From assembly GCA_021613535.1 (NCBI GenBank), contig CP075496.1, forward strand, positions 14,136,001 through 14,200,000: a DNA stretch of 64,000 nucleotides, in the 5' to 3' direction. The notes under the pieces were generated by a model. That model saw only the letters and a program-made list of their open reading frames with translations. It was not told where the DNA came from and made no database searches. Made by a program: the position numbers and the translations under genes. Shown here piece after piece: positions 43,960 through 55,914 of this stretch (positions within the stretch are counted from its first letter, which is position 1; every line of letters starts with the position of its first letter). The stretch comes from Adineta vaga. Taxonomy: Eukaryota > Animalia > Rotifera.

Positions 43960-45119
43960 ACATATTCGATATGATTTATTTACATATATTGATTTTTAAA
44001 ATATTTATTATTCGAAATTCATAATAGAATTTAGTTTGATTTATCTTTACAGTTAATAGAGTATTGATATTCTATCTGCTGAATATATTTTGTCCCATAA
44101 TTTTCCCATTCAAAATAATATAACATAGAGCTAAAAACTTACGAATCAACTATTTAAGTTTAAAATCAATATAATTCAAACTGAATTATTTTGCTCTGCA
44201 AATCAATTAATTTCATAATTATGATCGTAGGTGAATAAAATTTCCATTGGCATATTCATGGAGGTTTTTGCATTTTTTTCAAAACAGTTTTGATTCTGAA
44301 TGGATCAATTCATTTCTATACAATACAATGAGAAAACGTCCATATTCAAGTTTATTTAAATTATTTAATGAAAATATCGGGATATTTATTGAAAAAATAA
44401 ACAAATAATAATAATAAAATCATTCAAGTTTCCATTGGTATTTAAGAAGAAAAAAGTAAAATACTTCTTTGATCTAGAAGTTATTTTCAAATTCGAAATA
44501 AATTATTTTTAAGAACAAAAAATCTGTTCTTTTTTTCTTGACATTGTTATATTTCAAAATATTGTTGATCTCATTTCAAGAGATGAGAAAGAAATGTCTA
44601 TTGATTTGAAAAATAAATACTGACTTAGAATTTATAGAACATTTTTTGTTTAAACTGGTGTTAGGAATCAATATTGTTGAAAGTTCAGTTTCAATTAAAT
44701 AGTAAAAATTTCTCTTCTTCTCAGTGCATATACATTATGAGTTATTTATTTGCCGGAATATAAATGAATAATTCATCATATGCATATATATACACACTTT
44801 ACCTTTAGACACTTTGTTGCGTGGCTATTTTTTCTTACTCAACTCAGAGAGATTCTTATTGTTTTTTGACACAAACAAAGATAGTTGTGTAGGTGTTTTG
44901 TACCAATACATGTCTAAAAAAGACATGCACTGTTGAACTCATTACGATGGATGATTCTGCCCGGTCAGTATTTTTAAAAGGGCGAGCAGAGTTTTTCTGT
45001 ACACGTACATGTATATTATCGGATAGTTTTTTCTTTGATACAGAAAAGTAAGACAAATACGAGCTATAATTTCGTTTCTATACGCTCGAAGTTTCTATCA
45101 TACAATTGAAAACTAGGAC

Positions 45120-45235
45120 GTTCCGATGACAATGATTGTTGTTGAATTGCAAGAACTTTTTCATTGTATGAAAGTGCTTTTGAATAGTCGCCCATGCTAT
45201 CATACACATTACTGATGTTGTTGTACGAATTAATC
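45120..45235 (-). pseudogene. TPR-repeat gene fragment
   Basis: SYNNISNVYDSMGDYSKALSYNEKVLAIQQQSL is one TPR unit; truncated at the 45246 hairpin. Confidence 0.7.
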
Positions 45236-45245
45236 AACTCAGAAT

Positions 45246-45300
45246 CTTGAGGGTGGGTGTGGGTGTAGGTGATACTCTTTTCTTCACCCACACCCTCAAG
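45246..45300. repeat. Telomere-like hairpin (CTTGAGGGTG...CACCCTCAAG)
   Basis: 55-bp inverted repeat of TGAGGG/TGTGGG units; related ends at ~52580-52610, 59304-59333 and, degenerate, at ~11705-11720. Confidence 0.8.
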
Positions 45301-45642
45301 TGGGAAAATAGTATAGTTTGCGTAGTAGATAAAGACAATCATCGTGCAATGAAATGGATGAAAAATGCTCGAGGAAAGAATTTCAATCAGCTGGATACTC
45401 CAAAGGCAGAGGTTATTGATCGTTCTGGTAATGTCTATGCGATTGAAAGTATGCGAAATCGAGTAATGTGTTGGTCTTTAGGAGCGAAAGAAGATGTTAT
45501 TATTGCCGATGGAAATGTACTTGCACCACAATCATATCAATTTCTTTTTCCTGAAGGTTTAACATTCGATCGTCAAGGTAATCTTTATGTTGTCGATAGA
45601 CGTACTCATCGAATACAAAAATTGGAAGTTGACTTTACTTGA
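45301..45642 (+). pseudogene. NHL-repeat gene C-terminal fragment
   Basis: VVDKDNHRAMKW, IDRSGNVY, PEGLTFDRQGNLYVVDRRTHRIQK; no start codon, 5' truncated at the hairpin. Confidence 0.75.
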
Positions 45643-46519
45643 TATTTCTATAAAACAATAAATTGTTTTTTTTTATTCATGAAATTATATATCTAACGAA
45701 TAAATCATCGCTTAATAAATTTAGTTATATGAGACTGGAATTATTTCTGTGAATAACGTGATATTTGATAAACCTACATCAAAATAATCATAATTTCTCG
45801 ATCTCTTTTCTTCTCTAAAAACAATGTTATTAGTTCAATCTGACGTATTTCTTGACATCAGTTACTCTAATTGCTTTTACTTTATTTAAAAACAATTCTT
45901 TTTATTCATCAAATTTTATTATTTGTAACTTGTTCTCTTCGTAAGTTGCTTTGTCATTCATTTATCTGATAAATCACGACGAAAAGCAAAGTTTTCTTCA
46001 TCTAATCCTTATATTTTTTTTCTTGTTGTTTATTCAGTCAATAATTTTTCTTTCGTATTTTAATGTCTGTCGTCAAGTATCGAAACTTTAATCAAATGAA
46101 TGTACATGTCATTCAAGTGCATGTAAAGTTTCTATTGAAACGACTTTCTTTTTCACTTCATGTAATAACGAAAAGAAAGAAAGAATCATAATCGAAAGAA
46201 CATCAATCCAATTCAGAGGTACTTTTTTTTGAAATATTATTAATCTGTTGATTTGATCTGATTTCTAACATTGTAGATAGAAGGAAATGCTTTTCTTTGG
46301 TAACCTAGGAGAGATTCTAATGTGTATTTTTCAATTGTTTGAAAATGTTTTTTTCTCTACGAGAGAGTCTATGTTAGTTTTATTGTCACAGTAGAATTGC
46401 TTCAATGATCGAGAAAGTTTTTCTTTTTCTTCTTTTATTTTAATTTGTTTCAAGGCGCGTGTGTAATTTTTTATTTAATATTTGTTTTTTTTTGCTTCCC
46501 GTCGAGCAATTTCCTTCTA

Positions 46520-47524
46520 ATGACGGGAAGTCCTCGAACATCGACAGGAACTTTCGATGGTGGTGGTGTTGGTAATTCTATCGTCGAACAAACGACAGAT
46601 ATATTTACTCGTTTTCGAAATAGTCTGATACGAAGTCGAAAAGAACGTTTACTCGATGAAGATATTCAAGCGACAGAAAATCTCCTCGATCAAATACATT
46701 TTACGGATCTAATAGCGAAAGAAACTTTGGGCAAGTTAATTTCTCAAGGTGATTCTATGCAACGATCGTATAATTTAATCAATCAATTAGAAAAAGATAT
46801 AAAAGATATTGCAGAAGATTTAAATGAAGTTAATGGAGGAAAATGTTGGGGAGCTTGTGCGAATGGAACATTTTTTGGTTTTACATGCTTTGGATGTTTG
46901 AAAAAGAAATCGAAGAAAAAAAAGAAGAAAAAGAAATTAAAAATTATTGAACCAAATTCATTGAATCAAATTCGTTGGGTAAGAAGAAAAACAAAATTGA
47001 CCATTTGATCGTTCGTCTTTGTGACTTTTTAGAGTTCAGCAAGTGAACGAGACGAAATGATTGCACGTACTCGAGAATTAGCACGTGATCGTCGTGAACA
47101 TCAAGATTTTCTTCAAACAATCAATCGATTAAATCAAACAAAACAAATTGAAAATAAAAGTAATGAAAAAAAACTAAATCAAGTTCGTGATTATCTTTTA
47201 CAACATCATTCTTTATCTTATGGTTATATCGATCAACCTGAACGTTTATTCAATGAAATTAATCTTGCCATTCATTTTACACAATTAAATACACATTTAG
47301 ATCATTTATTTCAAGTCACAGATTTAATGTCCAATGAAATCAATAAACATAATATTGTTATTACGAAAATTGAAACACAAGCAATGCAAAGCGGTGATCT
47401 ATTAACTGATTATACATTACTTGGTCATCAAATATTAGGTTCATCATCAAGACAATCTCAGATATTAAACAATTCATTACCAATTTCTCCAGGACAAAAA
47501 GTTCTTTTGAATACAGTTATCTAA
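46520..47524 (+). CDS. Divergent SNAP-25-like Qbc-SNARE
   Basis: SNARE1 TLGKLISQGDSMQR; Cys cluster KCWGAC...TCFGCL followed by poly-Lys; SNARE2 HLDHLFQVTDLMSNEINKHNIVITKI; intron ~46979-47032. Confidence 0.75.
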
Positions 47525-47675
47525 TTTGAAAAGTAATTGTTACAGGTACTTTCATAGTATTTCTCTTACTTCTTTTCTATATAGTCGGTCTGATGTAGAG
47601 TGTGTATTTTTTCATCATTAAATAAACCCCTAGAAGTAATCGTGGTTTTATTTCGATGAATTTTAGATATAAAAA

Positions 47676-49978
47676 ATGAGTTCAGGATCTTATTTTTATG
47701 ATCAATCGTCTCGTGTATCGCATTTAGGTGGAATCCATCGATCGAAACGAAATCTTAAAGATTTAAATCAAGCATTATGTCAATCAAAAGTTGCGGTGAC
47801 TTTTCAAGAAGGACAAATCAATCCAAATGATTCAATTAATCCAGAGAAAACATTCGAACATATTCCAATGCCTCTTTTACCTGATATTATTCTCAAAGAA
47901 TTAGATTCAACTTTACAAACTTCTGATGAAAATCATTCACAGACAACTTTACCAAGTTCATTAATTCTTCAATTCCATTCCACATGGAATGATTTAATCA
48001 AAAATACGGAATATAAACAAAAGGTATTGTTTTATTTTTAAGAAAAGACGAATTTCGATTTTGTTTTTCAATTTAAAGATTTGGAGAACAAAAGCTGGTG
48101 AAGATGCATGGCGTCATTATCTTCAACGGAAACGTCTCGAACAACTCAAATCTGAAAAACAACAAATTATCCATGAAAATAAAATTCGACAACGTCAAAG
48201 TATCGCATCCGGAACACATGGACTTCATCGACCATCATTAGGGACACATTTACAATCAAGCCGACCATCATCACGTGGATCTGTTATGAGTACAACAGAT
48301 ATAATACAAGAAAATCATCGACCAGCAAAAGCAGTAGCAGATCAAAGTGGCGAAACAATAAAGAATGGTGTTCATGTTGAATTTAAATTTTCGACACAAG
48401 TTTTCAAAACTGTACACAAAAGCCCAATTGTTGAACCCAAATGTAAGTTGTTTCGATGAAAAACTTCATTGAATTTTTCTTGTTTTAGTTGTTTTATTCG
48501 ATGTACAAAAACCAGGAATTAATTTTTATCAAGAAATGATTCTTTCAACACAAAATAAATGTAAACGATTCTTAGCGGAAGCAAAACAAAAAATGTCCGT
48601 TTTTCTCCTCTCCTCTCTTCGTCTTTATTTTGAATTTTTCTGAATAGACTTGCAACAACTAATGATGGTAAACCATTAAAGATTTGTCAAGTTTGGTTTT
48701 ATGATGATAATCCATTTATGAAAAATAAGAATAATTTATTATTATTAAATGAATCATCTCGTTTGTTATTTTTACAATTATAAAACATAGAAATCATTCT
48801 TTTGTTTTTCTAGGACGACAAAGAGCAAAATTTGTTCTTTCGATTCTACGTCGTGAAATTCCCGTGAAATATAATATTAACATTGAAATTCCTGAAATGA
48901 AAAAGAAATGTTATATCGAATTACCCGATGGTTCAAGTCAAATCTAGTAAATAACAAAACTCAAACTTTCATTTTCTTTTCCCTAATTTTTCTTCTCTTC
49001 AGTTATCCATCAGGTCGTTTGGCTGTTCTACGCCTTCGTTCTCTAATATCAACAATACTTTTCTTTGATGATACTACAATTCCCACCAAACAATTTCTTG
49101 GTCTTGTGACTTCATCGGGTAATGTTCTCGTCATGCAACCAACATTTCATACGCGTTTTATAACTAATAATCGTTATGAATATGCCTATTTATGTCATGG
49201 AAAAACTGGTCTTATTGAAAATCAACTACAATGGTCATTTAAAAGAAATATTCATAGACAATCAACTCTTTTCCATGAAGATGATGATGATGATGATGAT
49301 AATCAACACATTCCATTGATTGAAAATACAGTTCAATTACAATTGAATTCTTCTATGCAACTCGAATATCAAAATCCATCGAATATTCGTTTTGCTTTCT
49401 CGTGTCACAGTGAAGAATTTAAATATCAATTAGGAAGTTCAATCTTAAGAACTCATTCACCAATTGTGATGGATTCAACATCATTAACAAGAAAATTTTC
49501 AAAGAAAAGAACAAGTTCGATAAATGCGAACGAATATCTTCATCAAAAATCAAACGATGAACAAATGGATTTGTATCATTTACCAATTATGAAAGAATTA
49601 ATTATAATGAGAAAACGTATTAAAACACTTTGTGAAACTTGGCTCAAAGAATATCGAACAATCTTAGGTATTATGGATATTGAAGCGTATTGTTTGGCTG
49701 ATCTATCTCCCCCAACTAATGAAGATGAAAATATTAAACCATCGGAAACTGTTTCATCTTCACCTATACAAATCGATAAATCACGTTCAACAAAAAGAAC
49801 TGATAGTATAAAATTTCTTTTTCTTTCTCTAACTTTAATTCTTCTTATTCTTCTAGAAAATATTATTACACAATCCATTGAACAATTCATTCCTCGTTCT
49901 GAAATCGGTCGAAGAATGAAACAAAGAATTCATTCGCGAAAATCTATTCTTTCAACTACATTACCAATTATTAAATAA
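47676..49978 (+). CDS. FAM194-domain (ERICH6-like) protein, multi-exon
   Basis: Spliced LPDGSSQIY|YPSGRLAV, then QLQLNSSMQLEYQNPSNIRFAFSC, matching the FAM194 domain layout; the exons checked join in frame. Confidence 0.65.
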
Positions 49979-50046
49979 ACAATTCATTTCTTTTCTTTTT
50001 TTTCACATCTATTCGTTTTGAAATACATCTATATAAATCTTGATAG

Positions 50047-50995
50047 AATCCAACTGGATGATCGATCGATTAATGATGAGAAATCTGGAACGAGAGACAG
50101 AAAGAACATTAACACATTCATATATCGACTTGTGTGACATACACGTGCTTAAATTCTACTAAAAAGTCAATTATGAGAAGTTAAAGAAATGAAACATAAA
50201 TCACATTCAACGAAAGAAAATCATCTTTTTGTTTATATTCCAATTAGCTGAACGAAGAAGTAAATGCTTTTTTAAATACATTTCGACCTACTGGATAATG
50301 GCAATTTGTTGATATAAATATCGATGATAAAGATATACATTCTTCTCCTCCTCCTTCTTCTTCTTCGAACCAATCGAATTGTTAAGGTCGACTGAGAGGG
50401 CATTAAAATACAACAATTTACCAAGGCTGTCTTCTTCACTGTATTATCAATAGGAAAGGAAAGGAAAGAAAAAGATGATGAGCTATTATTTCTCTGATTT
50501 ATTTTCACTATAAAGACTAATCCAATAAGAACGAAGAGAATAGTATCAATAAGGAAAGAGAAACGAAGTGTTATTCATCTAGTTCTTCGATCAGAGAACA
50601 TGTGCCAATATGTATTTGAAAGAAATGTACAAAAGCATATCGTCATTGCTCAAAGCAAGAAAACATACTAATCCATTATCTGTCAGAAAATGATTACGAG
50701 AATGAAAGATGACAAGACCATGATAAAGTCGATGTGGAAAAAGATGCATTTGCTTCCGGTTAACTATATATACACGAACATTACAAATAAATAAGAAATC
50801 GTTTTTCTTTTTAGTTTTAGTAATTGTCATATTCAATGGGATGAAAATTTTTGTTAAGCAGTGATTCAACAACAACTACAGATACTATGATCATTCTTCA
50901 TCCAACTATTTGGACACCTATTGCAAATCAACAATGACGAATAACTCATTATGATAAAACCAACAACAATACAAAGATCACCAAGAAAATAATAT
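50047..50995 (+). pseudogene. Duplicated bHLH promoter/5' end, pseudogenised and chimeric
   Basis: Block-wise homology to 53833-54940; ATG GGA TGA replaces ATG GGA CGA; downstream sequence matches the 3' end of the 43180-43959 gene. Confidence 0.8.
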
Positions 50996-51654
50996 AAACA
51001 AAATCAGTATTCCATTTTAGATTTTCATATATAAACATATTTTTCTTTCAAAGATTATTTAACCCATCGTCGTCAATTTGAATGGACATTACAATCAACT
51101 TGATGTTCGTATAGTGATTGTCATTAAAAACTAAAACTGATTATTCATTTAGTAATAAAATAAAATCACAAATATTTTCAGTTCATCAGATATAGGTAGC
51201 ATTTCAAACTTTTTCCATATGAGAAATGTGAAAAGAAAGAACAAAAATGGGTCGAAATAATTATGCTTTTGAACACAGATTTGCTTTAGTTTTCACAACT
51301 GATTTTATTGTGGACGAATATAACAACACGTATCTTTAAATGAAAAAGAAAACTAATTAATAAACTTCGCATCATTTTCCGTTAGGAATTTTACCCATTT
51401 ATCGAAGACGTTTGTTGTCATTCATAAAATATTGGAAATAATTCAAAGTAAAAAGTTTCCATTCACATTACTGTATTAATGTATATAACTATAGAATTCT
51501 ATGTCACTTTGTCATCCTAATGTTTTCTTTTGAAATGATATGAAACACAGCAGAAGATTACGAGTTAGAAGTTTTATTTTTCCAAGATATAAAAAACTGT
51601 TACATCAATAAAATACGAACAATTTCTTTAGAATCGATTTGATTGTAAGCTACC

Positions 51655-51912
51655 AGTAGCAACTGTTGTTGTTTTGATGCCGCCGACGATTGTAAAATCC
51701 ACCCAAAGCCGTATTCACAGCTCGGCGACATGCATTAAAAAACTTGGAAATAAATCGAGCAGCTTCTTATAAGTTGACAAGCATAACGAAGAACAACAGA
51801 ACACCAACAATGATTGCTTGAGTTACTCCTGAATAGGCACTGAATTTATTAACTAATACATCAACTATTACAGCAAGTGCAATTGAAGCTAAGGATTTGA
51901 ATCCCATATGAC
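51655..51912 (-). pseudogene. Possible decayed exon of a membrane protein
   Basis: Acceptor tttgtag| followed by a hydrophobic frame (HMGFKSLASIALAVIVDVLV...AIIVGVLLFFVMLVNL*EAARF) with an in-frame stop. Confidence 0.3.
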
Positions 51913-51945
51913 CTACAAAAAACAAATTTACATAAACTATGTGAA

Positions 51946-52167
51946 GGAATGAGGGGCTACCAGGATTTCTTTTTTTGGGATATATATTTTTTCTGCAGGA
52001 TTTGTTAGGATTTATTTATTTCATATGGATTTATTCTCTAACTCACACTCTCACCCTCACTTACCACTTCTTCCTACACTCTCAATATCTATTCCGAAGT
52101 GTAGGGTGAGTTTTTAATAAATCCAAATAAATCCCAAATAAAGAAATCCCGGTAACTGCTGAATTCC
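51946..52167. mobile_element. MITE-like inverted-repeat element (~220 bp) with a CACCC-rich core
   Basis: Left GGAATGAGGGGCTACCAGGATTTCT...TTTGGGAT versus reverse complement of the right end GGAATTCAGCAGTTACCGGGATTTCTTTATTTGGGAT; internal ctcaccctcact / agtgtagggtgag. Confidence 0.6.
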
Positions 52168-53832
52168 AATTGTGAGGTTAAACATTTAAATTTCACAAAA
52201 AAGAGAGCAGTTTTTTTATAAGCAAACGTGTCATACATACAAAACGTTTATTTAACTTTTTCTGATCTTTGTTATTATTAAACCATATAAATAATCGATT
52301 TCATAGACTAGTAGTAGCATCTAATCAAATCAAACGTATAGTTAATTCTCGATCAGATTCTTCCGACTATTTTCTTTTTCTTAAAATCACAACACTGATC
52401 AGTTCAGGCAGTTTTAAAAGCTCGGTCTCCGAACTTTACATATGATATACGTAATATATATTACTTAAAGTAGAGTAGTGTAGAAATCGTTAACTCGATT
52501 CGAGTATTAAACTTATATATCTAGAAGTCGAAGCTTCGAGTTTTAAACTTTTCAACCTCCACACTTTCCTCCTAGCCTTCCAACACTCGCACCCACACCC
52601 ACACCCTCAAGATGATCAGCGACATCTGTCGTATAAGCTCGTTCTTCTGTTTTGAATATAAATTAAATACATAATTTCAATCGATATCATTCAAGAATTC
52701 TGTAAAGTTCTTCTTTGTATAATTCAAATGGTAAAATGAATGACATGAAATAACTTGTTAGATATAGTTCTGAATCACTGATTGATTCTGCATAATTTCC
52801 AGCAAGATCAATAATAAAGCTTGATGAAGATACAAATGTTTTTGATGCTGAAATATAAATTAAAAATATTCTGTATCTGACTAACAATATGATTATATTT
52901 CATCCATTTCCCAATATTCGAAAAGATCGTTTAGTTTATTTAGTTGTTTCATGTATAACTAATATACAAAAAAAGGAATAAATTTTAATCAAGAAATGTT
53001 ATGTTGAATTATTCAGTACTTCAAGTCAAATATTTGGAAAGATATTTTTCAGTCGTGCTATTTTATTCCTCTTTTAAACAAAATGTTAACTTGCAAATAA
53101 AGCATTGGATGTCACACCGAACATCTGCTTTTTCAGTGCTACAAAAGAATCATGACGTCGCTATATGCCGACAGAAGAACAAAGAATATTTGAAACAAAA
53201 CTATATGAGAGACAGAAAGACGAAATACAATATCCTAGATTCACAAATCCGACAACGGATCCGATCGAATCCGGGATGATGAATACAATTGTCTACGACC
53301 TCAATGACTTCGAATTTCTATTTATTTAATGTAAACTAAAAGCTTTCTTCTACTAAAAAGTAGATGGAAGAGCATAGGTTCCACAGTCCTCAAAGGACTA
53401 ATTTTCTGTCTGTTCCACATCTGCAACCACTAATTTGTGAGGAATTTCAATATTAACATTTCAAGTGCTGATATATGATAGTTTTTTAGAAAAATATTGA
53501 ACTATTTTAGGTCAATTATTTTAACACCAATGTCATATAATTTAGCTGATTCGTCAGGGTCAACCAATGAAAACTTTATTATCTATGTTAAATAATAAAC
53601 TACAGCGAGAACTGATAGTATAAAATTTATCTTTTCATCTTGTTTGGAAACAATGCTCTTTTATTTTTAGAAGATGTGGTATCTTATTTAGATATTGCTC
53701 GAGGGATGAAACAAAGGATTTATTCGTGAAAAACAAATTTTTCAATTACTGTATCACTTAACGAATAAAATAAAATTTTTTTATTATATCACATTTATAT
53801 TTTATGTCGATATAACTTTAATGAAGAGATGA

Positions 53833-54898
53833 AATCCAACTGGAGTCAAAAGATGAATATGATCGATCGATTAATGATGAGAAGTCTGGAGAAAAGCAAG
53901 AACATTAACACATCAATACATAGATGTGACATACACGTGCCATCCTTCTACTAAAAAGTCAATTATAAGATTGAATGAGTAACGCATAAATCACATGATG
54001 AAAATCATTTTGTTTATATTTCAATTAGTTGAACGAAGAAGTAAATGCTTTTTTAAATACATTTCGACCTACTGGAAAATGTCAATTTGTTGATATGAAT
54101 ATATTGATGATAAAGATATACATTCTCCTCCTTCGAACTAATCGAATTGTTAAGGTCGACTGAGAGGGCATTAAAAAACAACAATTTACCAAGGCTGTCG
54201 TTCGTCTTCACTCTATTAGCAACAGAGAACGAAAGGAAAAAGAGGAAAGAAGAAGATGAGCAGTTATTTCTTTGATTTATTCGAACATAAAGAATAATCC
54301 AATAGGAACGAAGAGAAACAAACCAATAAGAATTCTTTCTTTTTCTATTTAGCCTTCGTGTTCGTGATAATATCCGAATGACATACTCGCAAATAAGACA
54401 AAAAACATCTGCTAGTAAGTTTTAACATTGAATTTCTTGAAGGAAAAAAAAAGAATCGATTGATTTTGCATCATTCTCTAATTAGAAATAAATCTTCTTG
54501 GTGTTAATTTTTCTCTAAACGAACATATGTTTTGATAATGTTTATTATTCTTTCCTAATAAGAAGAAAAACGAAGTGTTATTCAAATTCTCTGATCAAAT
54601 CATCAGAGAACATGTGCCTTTGAAACATATCGTCATTGCTCAAAGCAAGAAAACATACTAATCCATTATCTGTCAGAAAGTGATTACGAGAATGAAAGAT
54701 GACAAGACAATGATAAAGTCGATGTGAAAAGAAAAGATGCATTTGCTTCCGGTTAACTATATACATAAACATTACAAAGAAACAAACCAATCAAATGAAT
54801 AAAGCGAATGAGAGAGAAAGAAAGAAAGAAAGAAAGAAATCTTCTCTCTTTCTTTTTTCTTCTCTTAGTTTGGTTTCTTCTTTTTTCTATTGATTCGA
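53833..54898 (+). promoter_or_regulatory. Upstream regulatory region of the bHLH gene
   Basis: Blocks shared with the 50047 copy, including the E-box CACGTG (~53934) and TATA-like CTATATA (~54757) about 140 nt before the ATG. Confidence 0.6.
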
Positions 54899-55544
54899 AT
54901 GGGACGAAAACGTTTGTCAAGTAGCGATTCAACAACAACAATTACTAGTTATTCACCATCGAAATTAACTAATACAGGAACGGGTGGAATGCAACAAAGA
55001 AATGCAGCAAATGCACGTGAACGTGCTCGAATGCGTGTTTTAAGTAAAGCATTTATTAAATTAAAAACTCATTTACCATGGGTAAGAATATCAATTAATT
55101 TATTTTAATTTATTTCAATTTCTTATTTTTAAGGTTCCACATGATACGAAATTATCTAAACTTGATACACTTCGTTTAGCAACAAGTTATATTCTTCATT
55201 TAACACAAGTTCTTGATAATGACGAACTTCCTCTTCAAACAATCACAGCACCACCAACAACATCGATTTCAATTCAAGCACCAAATAGTTTTGTTAGTTT
55301 TTAATACAAAAAAGAAACAACAACTGAAATATGATTATTTTTTGTTTTGTTTAAATAGAGTTGGCCTTATTCATCCTGTCATCGAGCTTCATCATTATGT
55401 TCAATGAATGGTCGATTAACAACATCAGCAACAAATATAACAAATCATTGTTATTCAAATCATGAATATGATTATCAAATTCAATCAGAACTTCTTAATG
55501 ATCACCAAGAAAATATTATTGAAGAAAAACCTCATGTTTGTTAA
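54899..55544 (+). CDS. bHLH transcription factor, MyoR/TCF21/musculin family (3 exons)
   Basis: [29 protein letters not shown]|[27 protein letters not shown] and spliced PNSF|SWPY (family motif LTWPF). Confidence 0.93.
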
Positions 55545-55914
55545 ATAGAAATTATTAAAAAATGAAAAGCAATTGTGATATATTTTGTATATTTTGTTTG
55601 ACTTGCTGTGCTGTGTATTCAAATATTTACAATTATTCTTTCTCTGTCTTTTTAAATAATTATTTCGAATAAATTATTGACTTATGGGACGACAAATCTT
55701 ATTGATCTTTTCCGACATAAACAATTCAAAAACAATGATCAACGATTTCGGATTCGATGCAAATAGAGATAATTCAACTCTTAGATAGTACGAATATAAA
55801 TAGTTCTTTTAATAGATGAGTCTATATTGTTTGGTATATTTTTAGTCATTAGTAGTAAAAATTGAGTAATAGAATTGAATATGTAAGATACAGGAGAATA
55901 ATTGAAAGAAAATA

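Noticed and set aside
50591-50875. Similar minus-strand ORFs at 50591-50875 and 54578-54790
   Set aside because: Their similarity comes from the duplicated promoter DNA; starts and ends are not shared and no domain is recognisable.
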